Positions 26,076 through 34,607 of a stretch of 46,522 nt of DNA are shown one piece after another. The first letter of the stretch is position 1. Every line of letters starts with the position of its first letter. The stretch is taken from NCBI GenBank assembly GCA_044359155.1, contig JBIKMR010000001.1, positions 1 through 46,522 of the forward strand. Direction: 5' to 3'. The notes under the pieces were generated by a model, which saw only the letters and a list, made by a program, of their open reading frames with translations, was not told the origin of the DNA and did not search any database. Made by a program: the position numbers and the translations under genes. The stretch comes from Candidatus Hydrogenedentales bacterium. Its GTDB lineage: Bacteria; Hydrogenedentota; Hydrogenedentia; Hydrogenedentales; JAEUWI01.

Positions 26076-26243
26076 GAGGCGTCAGCGGCTGCTTCTGTCG
26101 ACAGCAATAAAATGTACCGCTTGTCGTATAGAGCAGCAAGCATGAATCGTCTCACCGGCATTCGTGCCGGGGATGGAAATATGGGTATCCAGCAAGTACA
26201 ATCACATTTCCGAAGTGGTTAAGGATCGAGGGTAAGCGCAGGG

Positions 26244-28043
26244 ATGGCAACCGAACGACTGGTAGTATTGAACGGCCCGTTGCAAGGGCACGTCGTTTCC
26301 ATAGACGGCGTCCTTTCCATTGGACGCGCGCCAGACAATACCCTGCACCTCGACGATTTGCAGGTATCCCGTAAGCACGCCACTATCGAGCAGGGGCCGA
26401 AAGGCACCGTACTGCGCGATTTGGGCAGCGGTAACGGCACCTACATCGACAGCCGCCGCGTACTCGAAACCCGCCTGAGCAATGGCACCGTCATTCGCAT
26501 TGGCCAGCAAGACCTGCGCTTCGAGACCGATGCCGTGATCCAGACTCCCGGCACGGACTACGGAATGGGCGATTCCGGCGTGCGTTTCCAGTCCGGCCCA
26601 CAGCAGGCGGTGACCGCCGATGCAGCGGAGAACCTTTGCGCCACCTTCTTCCAGGCCCCGGCTGCCGCATCCAGCGGGCAAGACCTCGCCGAGATGCAGC
26701 GTCGCCTGCGGGCGGTGTATGCGGCGAACCAGGCAATTGCCTCCGAGCGCGATCTTACGCGCCTCTTTGAGATTGTCATGGAGCAGATATTCTCGCTGGT
26801 GCCCGCGCACAATGGCGTGATCATATTGCGCGACCGGCAAGCCGCCAAGGGCCGCAGCACCACCGTGATGAAGCTGGGCCACAGCACCGCGCTGGATGGC
26901 CTTGTCACGGAGTATGTGCGGTCCGGCGTGAACGGCGAAGAGGTCACCATCAGTTCCTCGATTGTGCGGCGCGCGATTGAGAACAAGGAAGCCGTGCTTA
27001 CCGTGGACGCGGCGGACGATGCGCGCTTCGAGTCCGGCGCGAGCATCATTCAGGAAAACATTTCCTCGGCCATGTGCGTTCCACTGGTCTACCAGTCCGA
27101 CGTGCTCGGCGTGATCTATGTGGACACGCGCGGTACCACGAACGCCTTTGTAAACCGCGACCTTGAACTGGTCTGCGCCATTGCCGGCCCGGCGGCCACG
27201 TCCATCAGCAACGCGCAATACGTGCGCAAGCTGGACCAGGCTTACCAAGACACCCTGATTGCGCTGGCGGGCACCATAGAACTGCGCGACCACTACACCG
27301 TGGGCCACAACTGGCGCGTGGCGAAGTATTCCGTTGAGATTGCCCGCGAGCTGGGGTGGACCCCCGAGAAGCTGAAGGAAGTTGAGACCGGCTGCGTGCT
27401 GCACGATATCGGCAAGGTGGCGGTGGAAGACGCGGTATTGCGCAAGCCCGGCAAGCTGACTGAGGAAGAATACGCGCAGATGAAGATTCACCCGGAGCGC
27501 GGCGCAGCCCTGCTTCAGGATGTCGAGGCCCTGCACCCGCTGATTCCCTATTGCCTTTACCATCACGAACGCCCCGATGGCAAGGGCTATCCCTATGGCC
27601 TGAAAGGCGAAGAGATTCCCGTCGAGGGACGTGTGGTGGGTGTGGCCGATTGTTGGGACGCGCTCACCAGCAACCGCCCCTATCGCCAAGGCATGGACCC
27701 GCAAAAAGCCATCTCGATTATTGAAGAAGGTCGCGGCACGCAGTTTGATCCCATCTGTGCAGACGCATTCATCAAGTGTTTCCGCGAGGGACGCATCAAC
27801 GCGGTCTTGCAGAACTACCACGCCACCGACGAGAAGAGCGTGGTCTGCCCCTTTTGCAGCACCAACATCCGCTTCCCCGATGGCACCGACCTGGGTGCCA
27901 CTTTCGATTGTCACGTGTGCCATCGCGGCGTGAAGCTGCGCCAGATGGAAACCGGCGTCTACTTCGGGGAACTGATCCCCCAGGTTGGCGGCGCAAGAAT
28001 CACGGGCCAAGCCCTGCCCATACACGAGCGCCCGCCCGCCTAA
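26244..28043 (+). CDS. FHA - GAF - HD-GYP (c-di-GMP phosphodiesterase-type) protein with C-terminal CxxC...CxxC zinc ribbon
   Basis: FHA: SIGRAPDNTLHLDDLQVSRKHATIE...LRDLGSGNGTYID. GAF: LFEIVMEQIFSLVPAHNGVIILRD...VIYVD. HD-GYP: GHNWRVAKYS..., LHDIGKVAV, HHERPDGKGYPYGL. C-terminus: VCPFCSTNIRFPDG...FDCHVCHRG. Confidence 0.9.
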   Translation: MATERLVVLNGPLQGHVVSIDGVLSIGRAPDNTLHLDDLQVSRKHATIEQGPKGTVLRDLGSGNGTYIDSRRVLETRLSNGTVIRIGQQDLRFETDAVIQTPGTDYGMGDSGVRFQSGPQQAVTADAAENLCATFFQAPAAASSGQDLAEMQRRLRAVYAANQAIASERDLTRLFEIVMEQIFSLVPAHNGVIILRDRQAAKGRSTTVMKLGHSTALDGLVTEYVRSGVNGEEVTISSSIVRRAIENKEAVLTVDAADDARFESGASIIQENISSAMCVPLVYQSDVLGVIYVDTRGTTNAFVNRDLELVCAIAGPAATSISNAQYVRKLDQAYQDTLIALAGTIELRDHYTVGHNWRVAKYSVEIARELGWTPEKLKEVETGCVLHDIGKVAVEDAVLRKPGKLTEEEYAQMKIHPERGAALLQDVEALHPLIPYCLYHHERPDGKGYPYGLKGEEIPVEGRVVGVADCWDALTSNRPYRQGMDPQKAISIIEEGRGTQFDPICADAFIKCFREGRINAVLQNYHATDEKSVVCPFCSTNIRFPDGTDLGATFDCHVCHRGVKLRQMETGVYFGELIPQVGGARITGQALPIHERPPA

Positions 28044-28044
28044 G

Positions 28045-29292
28045 CTACCCCCGCGCCACCGGCAACCATCGAGGGTGGTCTGTGCCGGAATCCTCGATTC
28101 CCCTGCTCAACAATCGTGCCCCGCCGCCTCCTGCATTCGCCACCCATAGCGTGGGCTGTTCACCCGTTGCCGCGCGGCAGAACACAAGGTGCTTGCCATC
28201 GGGCGATTCGCTGGCGCGGAAATCCCATTGTCCCTCGCCGGGCTGCGTGAGCGGCGTGGCCACGCCGCTTTCTATATTCAGCTTTACAATCTCTGTGCCG
28301 CCGTGTGCCACTTCCGGCTTGAAGTCGCGGTTGAAGTGGTCCGTGTCCGGGCGGCCCGCCTGGTATTCCCACGCCACCTTCGATTCAGGCAGCCGCCGGG
28401 GAAACAGCACCTGCCCATCGCTCGACCATGCGGGCAGGTTCGAGCCGCCGCCGCGTTGCGTTGCATTGCCATAGGTGGCGGCAAACCACATGGCCTGTCC
28501 CTGCGTCAGCACGCGGTGCTCGCTGCCATCTGCCTTGCCCACGCATACGTCTGCCCAGTCGTGGCCGGGGTCGCTGCCATAGTGGCAATCCGCATAGGTG
28601 ATCCATTGTCCATCGGGCGACCAGCTGGTGCCGAAGTACAGGTGCGCGGGGTCCGCCGCAAGGCGCACGCGGTTCTTGCCGTCCGCGTCGCTGGTATACA
28701 CCTGATAGCCATCGGGGCTGGCAAGGTGAAACGCCACGCGGCTGCCGTCGGGGCTCAGGCTCATGCCATAGGGTAGGCCTTCGCCCGCCTGCGTGAAGGG
28801 CTGGGCGTCGCTGCCGTCGAGGTTCATGCTGAATATCTGGCCCACCTTGTCGCGCACCACCTGCACCAGCATTCGGTCGTCGCCCAGCAGCAGCGCGGGC
28901 GTATAGAAAACCGCCATGCGATCCTTCGTCGCCACCTCGGTCAGTTCTCCCGAGTCCAGGTCATACACCCAAATATGCGTGGGGGTTTGCGTATAGTACT
29001 CATCGAAGGGACGCCCCGGCCCATCGCGTCTCGGCTCCATGCTCAACAGCAGCACGCGCTGCCCATCCGCGAAAAATCCGCAGGGTTGCCACGTGGCCTG
29101 GTTCGGCACGTCCAGTTCCAGCGGGCGCATCCCCGTGCCATCGGCGTTGATGAGCACGGTCTTTCCCTGCGACACAAAGAACAGCCGCGCCACGGCAGCT
29201 TGGGCAGGCGAGGCATGAACACAGCCTTGCAAGCTGGACAAGGCCAGCGTGCTGGCTGCAAGGAAAGTGCGACGAGTGGGGTGCTGTGTCAT
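28045..29292 (-). CDS. TolB-like / PD40 beta-propeller repeat protein with Tat-type signal
   Basis: The N-terminus MTQHPTRRTFLAASTLALSS has a single Arg pair followed by TFL. Repeated WSPDG/SPDGxxxxF blades: SLSPDGSRVAF, TSWSPDGQWITY, PAWSSDGQVLF, ASESPDGKHLVF. Its stop is 1 nt from the convergent stop of the HD-GYP gene. Confidence 0.75.
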   Translation of the reverse strand: MTQHPTRRTFLAASTLALSSLQGCVHASPAQAAVARLFFVSQGKTVLINADGTGMRPLELDVPNQATWQPCGFFADGQRVLLLSMEPRRDGPGRPFDEYYTQTPTHIWVYDLDSGELTEVATKDRMAVFYTPALLLGDDRMLVQVVRDKVGQIFSMNLDGSDAQPFTQAGEGLPYGMSLSPDGSRVAFHLASPDGYQVYTSDADGKNRVRLAADPAHLYFGTSWSPDGQWITYADCHYGSDPGHDWADVCVGKADGSEHRVLTQGQAMWFAATYGNATQRGGGSNLPAWSSDGQVLFPRRLPESKVAWEYQAGRPDTDHFNRDFKPEVAHGGTEIVKLNIESGVATPLTQPGEGQWDFRASESPDGKHLVFCRAATGEQPTLWVANAGGGGARLLSRGIEDSGTDHPRWLPVARG

Positions 29293-29295
29293 GGG

Positions 29296-30213
29296 CTATA
29301 CCACCTGCGCTGCGAGCGCGTTTGCCTGCTCGCGAAGGTCGTTGGGAAGTTCCACCGCCAGCAGGGCCTGCGCCTCGCGCGCTGCCCCCATGCGATCCCC
29401 CTGCGCCAGCAACAGGCGCGCCAGCGTCAACCGGCCATAATGAAACGCGGGATGCGCCCCCAGCGTTTGCTGCAAGGAAGCCACCGCGCCAGCAGGATCA
29501 TTCGACCGCAGCAGCACATCCACCAACGCCAGAGCGCCTTGCTCGTCCGTGGGGGCAATGGCCAAGGCCTGCCGCAATGCGCGCGCCGCGCCGGATAGAT
29601 CGCCACGATCATCACGCTTCTGCGCCACATGAAACAGCCCCGTCGCCCGTATCGAGGGAGGGCAATCTTTCGGGCAATAGAACGAACCATACTCGCCGCA
29701 GGGCAGCTTGTATTCCTTGAACACATGCGGGTAAGGCGCGAAGTCATCGCGCACCCATTGGCTGCGGTGCAGCTCGCCGGGGTTGCCGTGGCAGATGCCA
29801 TGCTCCCAATTGCCCGTCAGCGGAATGTTGATCATCAGCGCGCGCGTTGCCTTCGCATACAACTGCTCCACCACATGCTCCGCATCCGCCTTGTCCAGGT
29901 GCTCAATCACGTCGCCTGCAATCACCAGTTCATACTCGCCCAGCGATGGCAACACCTCGCGTACGTCGCCCACGTGAATCTTGTTGTACAGGTAGCGCTG
30001 GTGCGGTTGCAGGTACGGCTCCCACAACTCCACCCCCTCGATACGCACCGCCCACTCCTCCGGCTGCACCCGCAGGTTCCACACGTCGAGGTATTCCCGG
30101 CAGAGAAATCCCCACAGCCCAAAGCCACACCCTATGTCCAACACCGACGCCGGGTTCAACCCGATGATGTGCTCCAGGCAATCGCTTATCTGCACCGAAC
30201 TGCTGACCGGCAT
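29296..30213 (-). CDS. Class I SAM-dependent methyltransferase fused to C-terminal TPR-like repeats
   Basis: Motif I VLDIGCGFGLWGF, then ELVIAGDVIEHL. The C-terminal helical repeats (GDLSGAARALRQALAIAP, NDPAGAVASLQQTL, GRLTLARLLLAQGDRMGAAREAQAL) are TPR-like. The ATG at 30213 has a GGGGAGGG RBS. The maximal ORF starts with GTG at 30237. The stop is 3 nt upstream of the propeller gene start. Confidence 0.75.
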   Translation of the reverse strand: MPVSSSVQISDCLEHIIGLNPASVLDIGCGFGLWGFLCREYLDVWNLRVQPEEWAVRIEGVELWEPYLQPHQRYLYNKIHVGDVREVLPSLGEYELVIAGDVIEHLDKADAEHVVEQLYAKATRALMINIPLTGNWEHGICHGNPGELHRSQWVRDDFAPYPHVFKEYKLPCGEYGSFYCPKDCPPSIRATGLFHVAQKRDDRGDLSGAARALRQALAIAPTDEQGALALVDVLLRSNDPAGAVASLQQTLGAHPAFHYGRLTLARLLLAQGDRMGAAREAQALLAVELPNDLREQANALAAQVV

Positions 30214-30351
30214 GGCCGCCCTCCCCAAAGGCACCACGCGTGCCGTCGCCGATTATGCCGCAGGGGGGAAGTCGAATCACCCCTGCCGCAGGGTGCGTGC
30301 CGACGGCGTTAAGTTGACGTTACACCGCATGGCGAACGATACTCGCAGGCT

Positions 30352-31227
30352 ATGGCTGATCTGCTGACATACGAACAGATGCACGCGCTGCTGCCGCCAC
30401 GCCCGGAGGCGGGGCACAAGGGCACGTTTGGGCATGTGTTTGTCGTTGCGGGCAGTCGCGGCTTTACCGGGGCGGCGAAGCTGGCGTGTCGCGCGGCGGA
30501 ACGCAGCGGTGCAGGGCTGGTGACGCTGGGCATTGGCGACGCATTGCAGCCGGTGGTTGCGGTGGACCTGCTCGAATCCATGACGCTGGGCCTGCCTTCT
30601 TCGGAAGACGGCGCGCTGAACGAGGAAGCCACCATGCCCGCGCTCGAGTTTGCGCGCAGCACGCAGGCCGTGGCGATTGGTCCCGGACTGGGCACCAACG
30701 AGGCCACGCAGAATTTCGTCGAGCAGTTTCTCGTGCGGTGCCCCGTGCCTTTTGTGGCAGACGCGGACGCGCTGAACGGCCTCGCCGGGCGCGCGGATTT
30801 GTTGGGGCTGAAACGTTCGGCTTGCATCCTCACCCCGCACCCGGGCGAGATGGCGCGGCTGTTGTCCATAGAAACGCAGGCAGTGCAGGCGGCGCGAGAG
30901 GCGATGGTGCGGAAGATGGCGGACACGGCGGGCGCGGTGACCATACTCAAGGGACACCGCACGCTCATCGCCATGCCGGGCGGCAAGGCCAGCGAGAACC
31001 CCACCGGCAACCACGGCCTCGCCAAGGGCGGCTCGGGCGACGTGCTCACCGGTTTACTCGGCGGGCTGTTGGCGCAGGGCATGGCCCCGTTCGACGCCGC
31101 CCGCCTCGGGGTCTATGTGCATGGCCTCGCCGGGGACATTGCTGCTGCCCGCGTGGGCGCACGCGGCATGACCGCGTCCGACGTGCTCGCCGCCCTGCCC
31201 GCTGCATGGCGGCAGCTCGAGGCCTAG
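30352..31227 (+). CDS. nnrD: ADP-dependent NAD(P)H-hydrate dehydratase (YjeF C-terminal domain only)
   Basis: HKGTFGHVFVVAGSRGFTGAAKLACRAAERSGAGLVTL, ...LTPHPGEMARL..., and KGGSGDVLTGLLGGLLAQG (carbohydrate-kinase-type GxGD motif). No N-terminal epimerase domain is present. Confidence 0.85.
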   Translation: MADLLTYEQMHALLPPRPEAGHKGTFGHVFVVAGSRGFTGAAKLACRAAERSGAGLVTLGIGDALQPVVAVDLLESMTLGLPSSEDGALNEEATMPALEFARSTQAVAIGPGLGTNEATQNFVEQFLVRCPVPFVADADALNGLAGRADLLGLKRSACILTPHPGEMARLLSIETQAVQAAREAMVRKMADTAGAVTILKGHRTLIAMPGGKASENPTGNHGLAKGGSGDVLTGLLGGLLAQGMAPFDAARLGVYVHGLAGDIAAARVGARGMTASDVLAALPAAWRQLEA

Positions 31228-31229
31228 GG

Positions 31230-32201
31230 GTGGCCTCCCTCTCCGACCTGGGCGAGTTTGGCTACATCGCCCGTGTGACGCGCAACTTGCCCACGGGGGC
31301 CGACGTGGTGGTGGGGCCGGGCGATGATTGCGCGGTGGTGCAGCAGGGCGGCAAGCTGATGCTGGTCTCCTGCGACGCCTCCATCGAGGACGTGCATTTC
31401 TCCCGCGCCTTGGCCCAGCCCTATGACATTGGCTGGAAGACCTTTGCCTCCGCCTTCAGCGACATTGCCGCCATGGGCGGCGTGGCAAAATACGCCGTTG
31501 CATCCATGGCCTGCCCGCCCGACACCCCGCTGGAGATACTGGACGAAATGAGCCACGGCGCACACGACTGCGTGGCGGCGTGCGGGGCTGTGTTGATTGG
31601 CGGCGACACCACGCGCTCGCCGGGGCCCATCATGCTGGACGTGACCGTGATCGGCGAGGCGGAAGAAGGCGGGTATCGGCTGCGCTCTGGCGCAAAGTCG
31701 GGCGACGTCGTCGCGCATACCGGCACGCTGGGGCTGTCCGCCGCCGGGTTGCTGTCCCTGCAACAGGGCATCCCCGCGCTCGACCTTGCCCGCGCCCACC
31801 TGCACCCGGAGCCGCGCCTCGCCGCAGGCCATTGGCTGGCGCAGCGCGCCGAAGTACACGCCATGATGGACATCAGCGACGGACTCGCGCAGGACGCAGG
31901 CCACATCGCCCGCGCCAGCAAGCTGGCCATCCGCATCGATGCGCACGAGATAGACGTGTCCGCGCTGGAAGCGTGGGAAGAAACCCTCGGCGCCTCCGCG
32001 CTCGACCTCGCCATGGGCGGCGGCGAGGACTACGAACTGCTGGTGACGATAGACCCCGCCGCATTCGCAACCCTGCGCAAGGAATTCGAGCAAGCCCACA
32101 ACCTCCCCCTCACCCCCGTGGGACGCTGCATCGAGGGGAATCCCGAAGTGCGGATCGACGGGCATGAATCCCAGCGCGGCGGGTTTGACCACTTTCGGTG
32201 A
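31230..32201 (+). CDS. thiL: Thiamine-monophosphate kinase
   Basis: LGEFGYIARV, GPGDDCAVV, CDASIEDVHF, DIAAMGG, LIGGDTT and DISDGL are the AIR-synthase-related ThiL pattern. GTG start at 31230, in frame with the track ORF 30486..32201. The first 248 codons of that ORF run out-of-frame across nnrD and are not coding. Confidence 0.85.
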   Translation: MASLSDLGEFGYIARVTRNLPTGADVVVGPGDDCAVVQQGGKLMLVSCDASIEDVHFSRALAQPYDIGWKTFASAFSDIAAMGGVAKYAVASMACPPDTPLEILDEMSHGAHDCVAACGAVLIGGDTTRSPGPIMLDVTVIGEAEEGGYRLRSGAKSGDVVAHTGTLGLSAAGLLSLQQGIPALDLARAHLHPEPRLAAGHWLAQRAEVHAMMDISDGLAQDAGHIARASKLAIRIDAHEIDVSALEAWEETLGASALDLAMGGGEDYELLVTIDPAAFATLRKEFEQAHNLPLTPVGRCIEGNPEVRIDGHESQRGGFDHFR

Positions 32202-32276
32202 ATCTGGAAGGCCAGAAATCTGGATTGAATAAACCTGCCATCATGGCGGTATCCGCTGCATCTGGGGAGTAGCGCC

Positions 32277-33710
32277 ATGTACCTGTTCAGCCTGCGGCGA
32301 TTGCTAAAGCGCGTATTCAAGTACGGGGGCATCGCTGTGCTTGTCGCCGCCGTCCCGCTCACGGCGATATCCCTCACCCTGCGATGGCAGGCAGAACGTG
32401 CGCTGGAAGCAAAGGTACAGGAACTGCGCGAAGCAGGCGTGCCGACAACGCCAGAAGAACTGAACGCAATGTATCGCCCCGCCCCGGATATCCCCGATGC
32501 AGGGGAGACGTTTGCAGCAATTGCGCAGTCTATCGACACCTACGATTGCGACGAACTTTCCAAAGAACAGGAATCGCTTCTGCCAATAATGGGCCCTGTG
32601 CGTGAGTGTGCTCACAGTCCCTTGCCACCGGAAAGTCTGCAACAGCTTAAGGTAACGCTGGTTGCCTTGGCCGCGCCACTCGCACAGGCAGAAAGCCTGT
32701 TGGATTCCCGCCCCGTGCTCTTCAGGAAGTTCGAGTTTCCGCTTGGAGATATTGGCCACCACGGCGATACCCGCGCTGTGATAAGACTCATGTCTATGGC
32801 AGGCTTGCTTGCCGCAGAAGAACATGATGCCAACAGGGTGGGACTGGCCTGGCTACGAGGATGGCGTGTCGGTGAAGTCATGCAAGCTGAACCGGGGCTG
32901 CTTCCCGCTCTTACACATTCCGGTAACGCTGGTGTCATGTTGGAGAACATGCGGATATTTCTTAATCGCATTGCAGTTCCGGCGCACAACTTGCAACAGT
33001 GGCAAGCAGCGTTGCTCGATGACAAGCTGGGAGATAGGTTGAAGCGAATAGTTCATGGTGAAGTCGTATATACACTGGAAGCCCACCACTTAATGCAGTC
33101 GGATGTTCGAGCGCGACTCGATTACTTCTTGGAAGGATTTGATTACCCGGATACGTTGTTTGATGCATCATTCGCTTTTGCCAAGGCAGAGATTCTGGCT
33201 GAGTCGACACAAGCCACAGCGTCACTGCTTGGTACATATCTTGAATACGCGAAGTTAACGTCCCTCTCCCGGAATGAATTGTCCAAGCGTTTCTACGCGA
33301 TGTACTACGATGACTCCCGCGATGGAGTGCATGATGGGGAATCTAACGACGCGCAGCCCAATTATGTTGATGACCACTTCGATTTGATACTTCATCGCGA
33401 AGAACCCAAGCGGCTACTTGCTGTCTTGGCCTGCGGCGTGGAGTTGTACATTGCCGAACACGGCGCGCCGCCGGAGTCGCTGGACGCGCTGACCGAGGCC
33501 CATGTGCCGCAAGCAATCATCGACCCCAACACGGGGAAAGCGTTTCTCTATGAACGCACGCCGCAAGGCTATGTGCTGCGGAGCGAGGCTGCCAAGGAAT
33601 GCGGCAAGTTTGATGCGGAGGAAGAAGAGGATTGCTACAACGAGTGTACGCTGCACGACCTCGTGCTCGAAGTGCGTCGCCCGGAATTGGCCGTGGCTTT
33701 GGCGGGGTAG
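32277..33710 (+). CDS. Hypothetical membrane-anchored protein (single N-terminal TM)
   Basis: N-terminal anchor YGGIAVLVAAVPLTAISLTL, followed by ELREAGVPTTPEELNAMY. The C-terminal IIDPNTGKAFLYERTPQGYVLRS is a pattern common in PVC-type hypothetical proteins. Somewhat lower GC than its neighbours. Confidence 0.55.
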   Translation: MYLFSLRRLLKRVFKYGGIAVLVAAVPLTAISLTLRWQAERALEAKVQELREAGVPTTPEELNAMYRPAPDIPDAGETFAAIAQSIDTYDCDELSKEQESLLPIMGPVRECAHSPLPPESLQQLKVTLVALAAPLAQAESLLDSRPVLFRKFEFPLGDIGHHGDTRAVIRLMSMAGLLAAEEHDANRVGLAWLRGWRVGEVMQAEPGLLPALTHSGNAGVMLENMRIFLNRIAVPAHNLQQWQAALLDDKLGDRLKRIVHGEVVYTLEAHHLMQSDVRARLDYFLEGFDYPDTLFDASFAFAKAEILAESTQATASLLGTYLEYAKLTSLSRNELSKRFYAMYYDDSRDGVHDGESNDAQPNYVDDHFDLILHREEPKRLLAVLACGVELYIAEHGAPPESLDALTEAHVPQAIIDPNTGKAFLYERTPQGYVLRSEAAKECGKFDAEEEEDCYNECTLHDLVLEVRRPELAVALAG

Positions 33711-33777
33711 CGGGGTGAAGGGGATGGACTGTCTGGAGTGCGGCAATTTGACTCGCCAACTCTTGTTTCGCCCACCG

Positions 33778-33799
33778 CCGCCGATGAGGACATCGGCGG
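33778..33799. repeat. 9-bp stem hairpin (ccgccgatg agga catcggcgg) between convergent genes, followed by a ttcgtg-type short repeat
   Basis: Perfect 9-bp stem with a 4-nt loop. The downstream cactttcgtgtgcttggtgtatttcgtgg translates on the minus strand to HEIHQAHESGK. This resembles junk peptides from REP-like intergenic repeats in PVC genomes (recalled from memory). No U-tract. Confidence 0.3.
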
Positions 33800-33863
33800 T
33801 CCACCTTTCCCACTTTCGTGTGCTTGGTGTATTTCGTGGTTAATTCCCGGCCCCGCTCTTCCC

Positions 33864-34607
33864 CTAATCCGCAACCCGCCATGCCGCCAGCGGCGCCCAG
33901 CCGGGCAGTGGAAAATCGCAGTAGTCCTGAGGCATGAGCACGACGAAGTCGGCTTCTTGCAAGAGCGCGGTGATGTGGGCGGGGTCGAGCAGGCGTTGTT
34001 CGTGGGTTTCTTCGTCGCGCTGGTAGTGGCCGGTGCCGCTGGCATCGTGGAAAGTGATGATGCGGCGGGTGATTTGGGTGCGGTCGGGTGGGGATTGGGC
34101 GTGGACGAGAACGGTCCAGCCGTCGCCCTCGACGAAGTATTGGCGGTCGCCGCCTGCGGGGGCGCGGTCGGGCGTGGCGATGTCGAGCAGCAGCAGCCCA
34201 CCGGGCGCAAGGGCGGCTCGGATGCGCTGGAATAGGGCGAGCAGATCGTCGTCTGCGCCTTGGTGGGTGAAGGCATAGTTGATGACCTCGCCCGTGGCGG
34301 CGACGCAGACGCAGGGGGGAATCTCCGCATCGTAGATCGATGCCTGCACGAACGTGCCCTGCGGCACGCGGCTGCGGGCGATGTCGAGCATGGCGGCGGA
34401 TAGGTCCACACCGTGGCAGGCATAGCCCGCCTTGTTTACGGCATCGAGAAAGTTGCCGCTGCCGCAGCCCAGGTCCACCACCAACCCGGATACGTGGCCC
34501 GCGTTCTGCAAGGCGGGCAGGGCATAGGCGGCAGCGGCCTCGGCAACGCGCCCGAAGCCCACGTTATGCACGTGGGCGAGCGCGGCGTGGTAGGGGGACT
34601 CGCTCAA
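33864..34607 (-). CDS. Class I SAM-dependent methyltransferase
   Basis: Motif I VVDLGCGSGNFL, then HGVDLSAAMLDIAR and LAPGGLLLLD. The start was assigned to a TTG that overlaps the stop of the upstream antiporter (TTGA at 34604-34607). The longer ORF to 34895 runs out-of-frame across the antiporter 3' end. Confidence 0.65.
   Translation of the reverse strand: MSESPYHAALAHVHNVGFGRVAEAAAAYALPALQNAGHVSGLVVDLGCGSGNFLDAVNKAGYACHGVDLSAAMLDIARSRVPQGTFVQASIYDAEIPPCVCVAATGEVINYAFTHQGADDDLLALFQRIRAALAPGGLLLLDIATPDRAPAGGDRQYFVEGDGWTVLVHAQSPPDRTQITRRIITFHDASGTGHYQRDEETHEQRLLDPAHITALLQEADFVVLMPQDYCDFPLPGWAPLAAWRVAD

Noticed and set aside
26202-28025. 607-aa minus-strand ORF mirroring the FHA-GAF-HD-GYP gene. 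Similar long mirror ORFs: 39098..41077(-), 37450..39195(+), 44664..46262(+), 42541..43635(-), 35075..36037(+), 31224..32192(-), 10489..11811(-), 8537..9649(-), 4224..5222(-), 11768..13084(+), 523..1590(+), 1612..2496(+).
   Set aside because: They lie antisense to genes with clear family motifs. Their translations are Arg/Ala/Gly/His/Val-rich and low in complexity with no recognisable motifs, as expected for stop-poor antisense frames in GC-rich DNA.
28041-28047. Convergent stop codons 1 nt apart (HD-GYP gene and beta-propeller gene) as a special regulatory arrangement. The 23-bp convergent overlap at 11834-11856 was considered in the same way.
   Set aside because: Tight or overlapping convergent 3' ends are common in compact GC-rich genomes. 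There is no associated structure to evaluate, so this is noted only as context.
30486-32201. 571-aa ORF that looks like a large fusion protein spanning nnrD and thiL.
   Set aside because: Its first 248 codons read nnrD out of frame and give Arg/Gly/Ala-rich nonsense. Only the part from the GTG at 31230 onward shows ThiL motifs. nnrD ends with its own stop at 31227.
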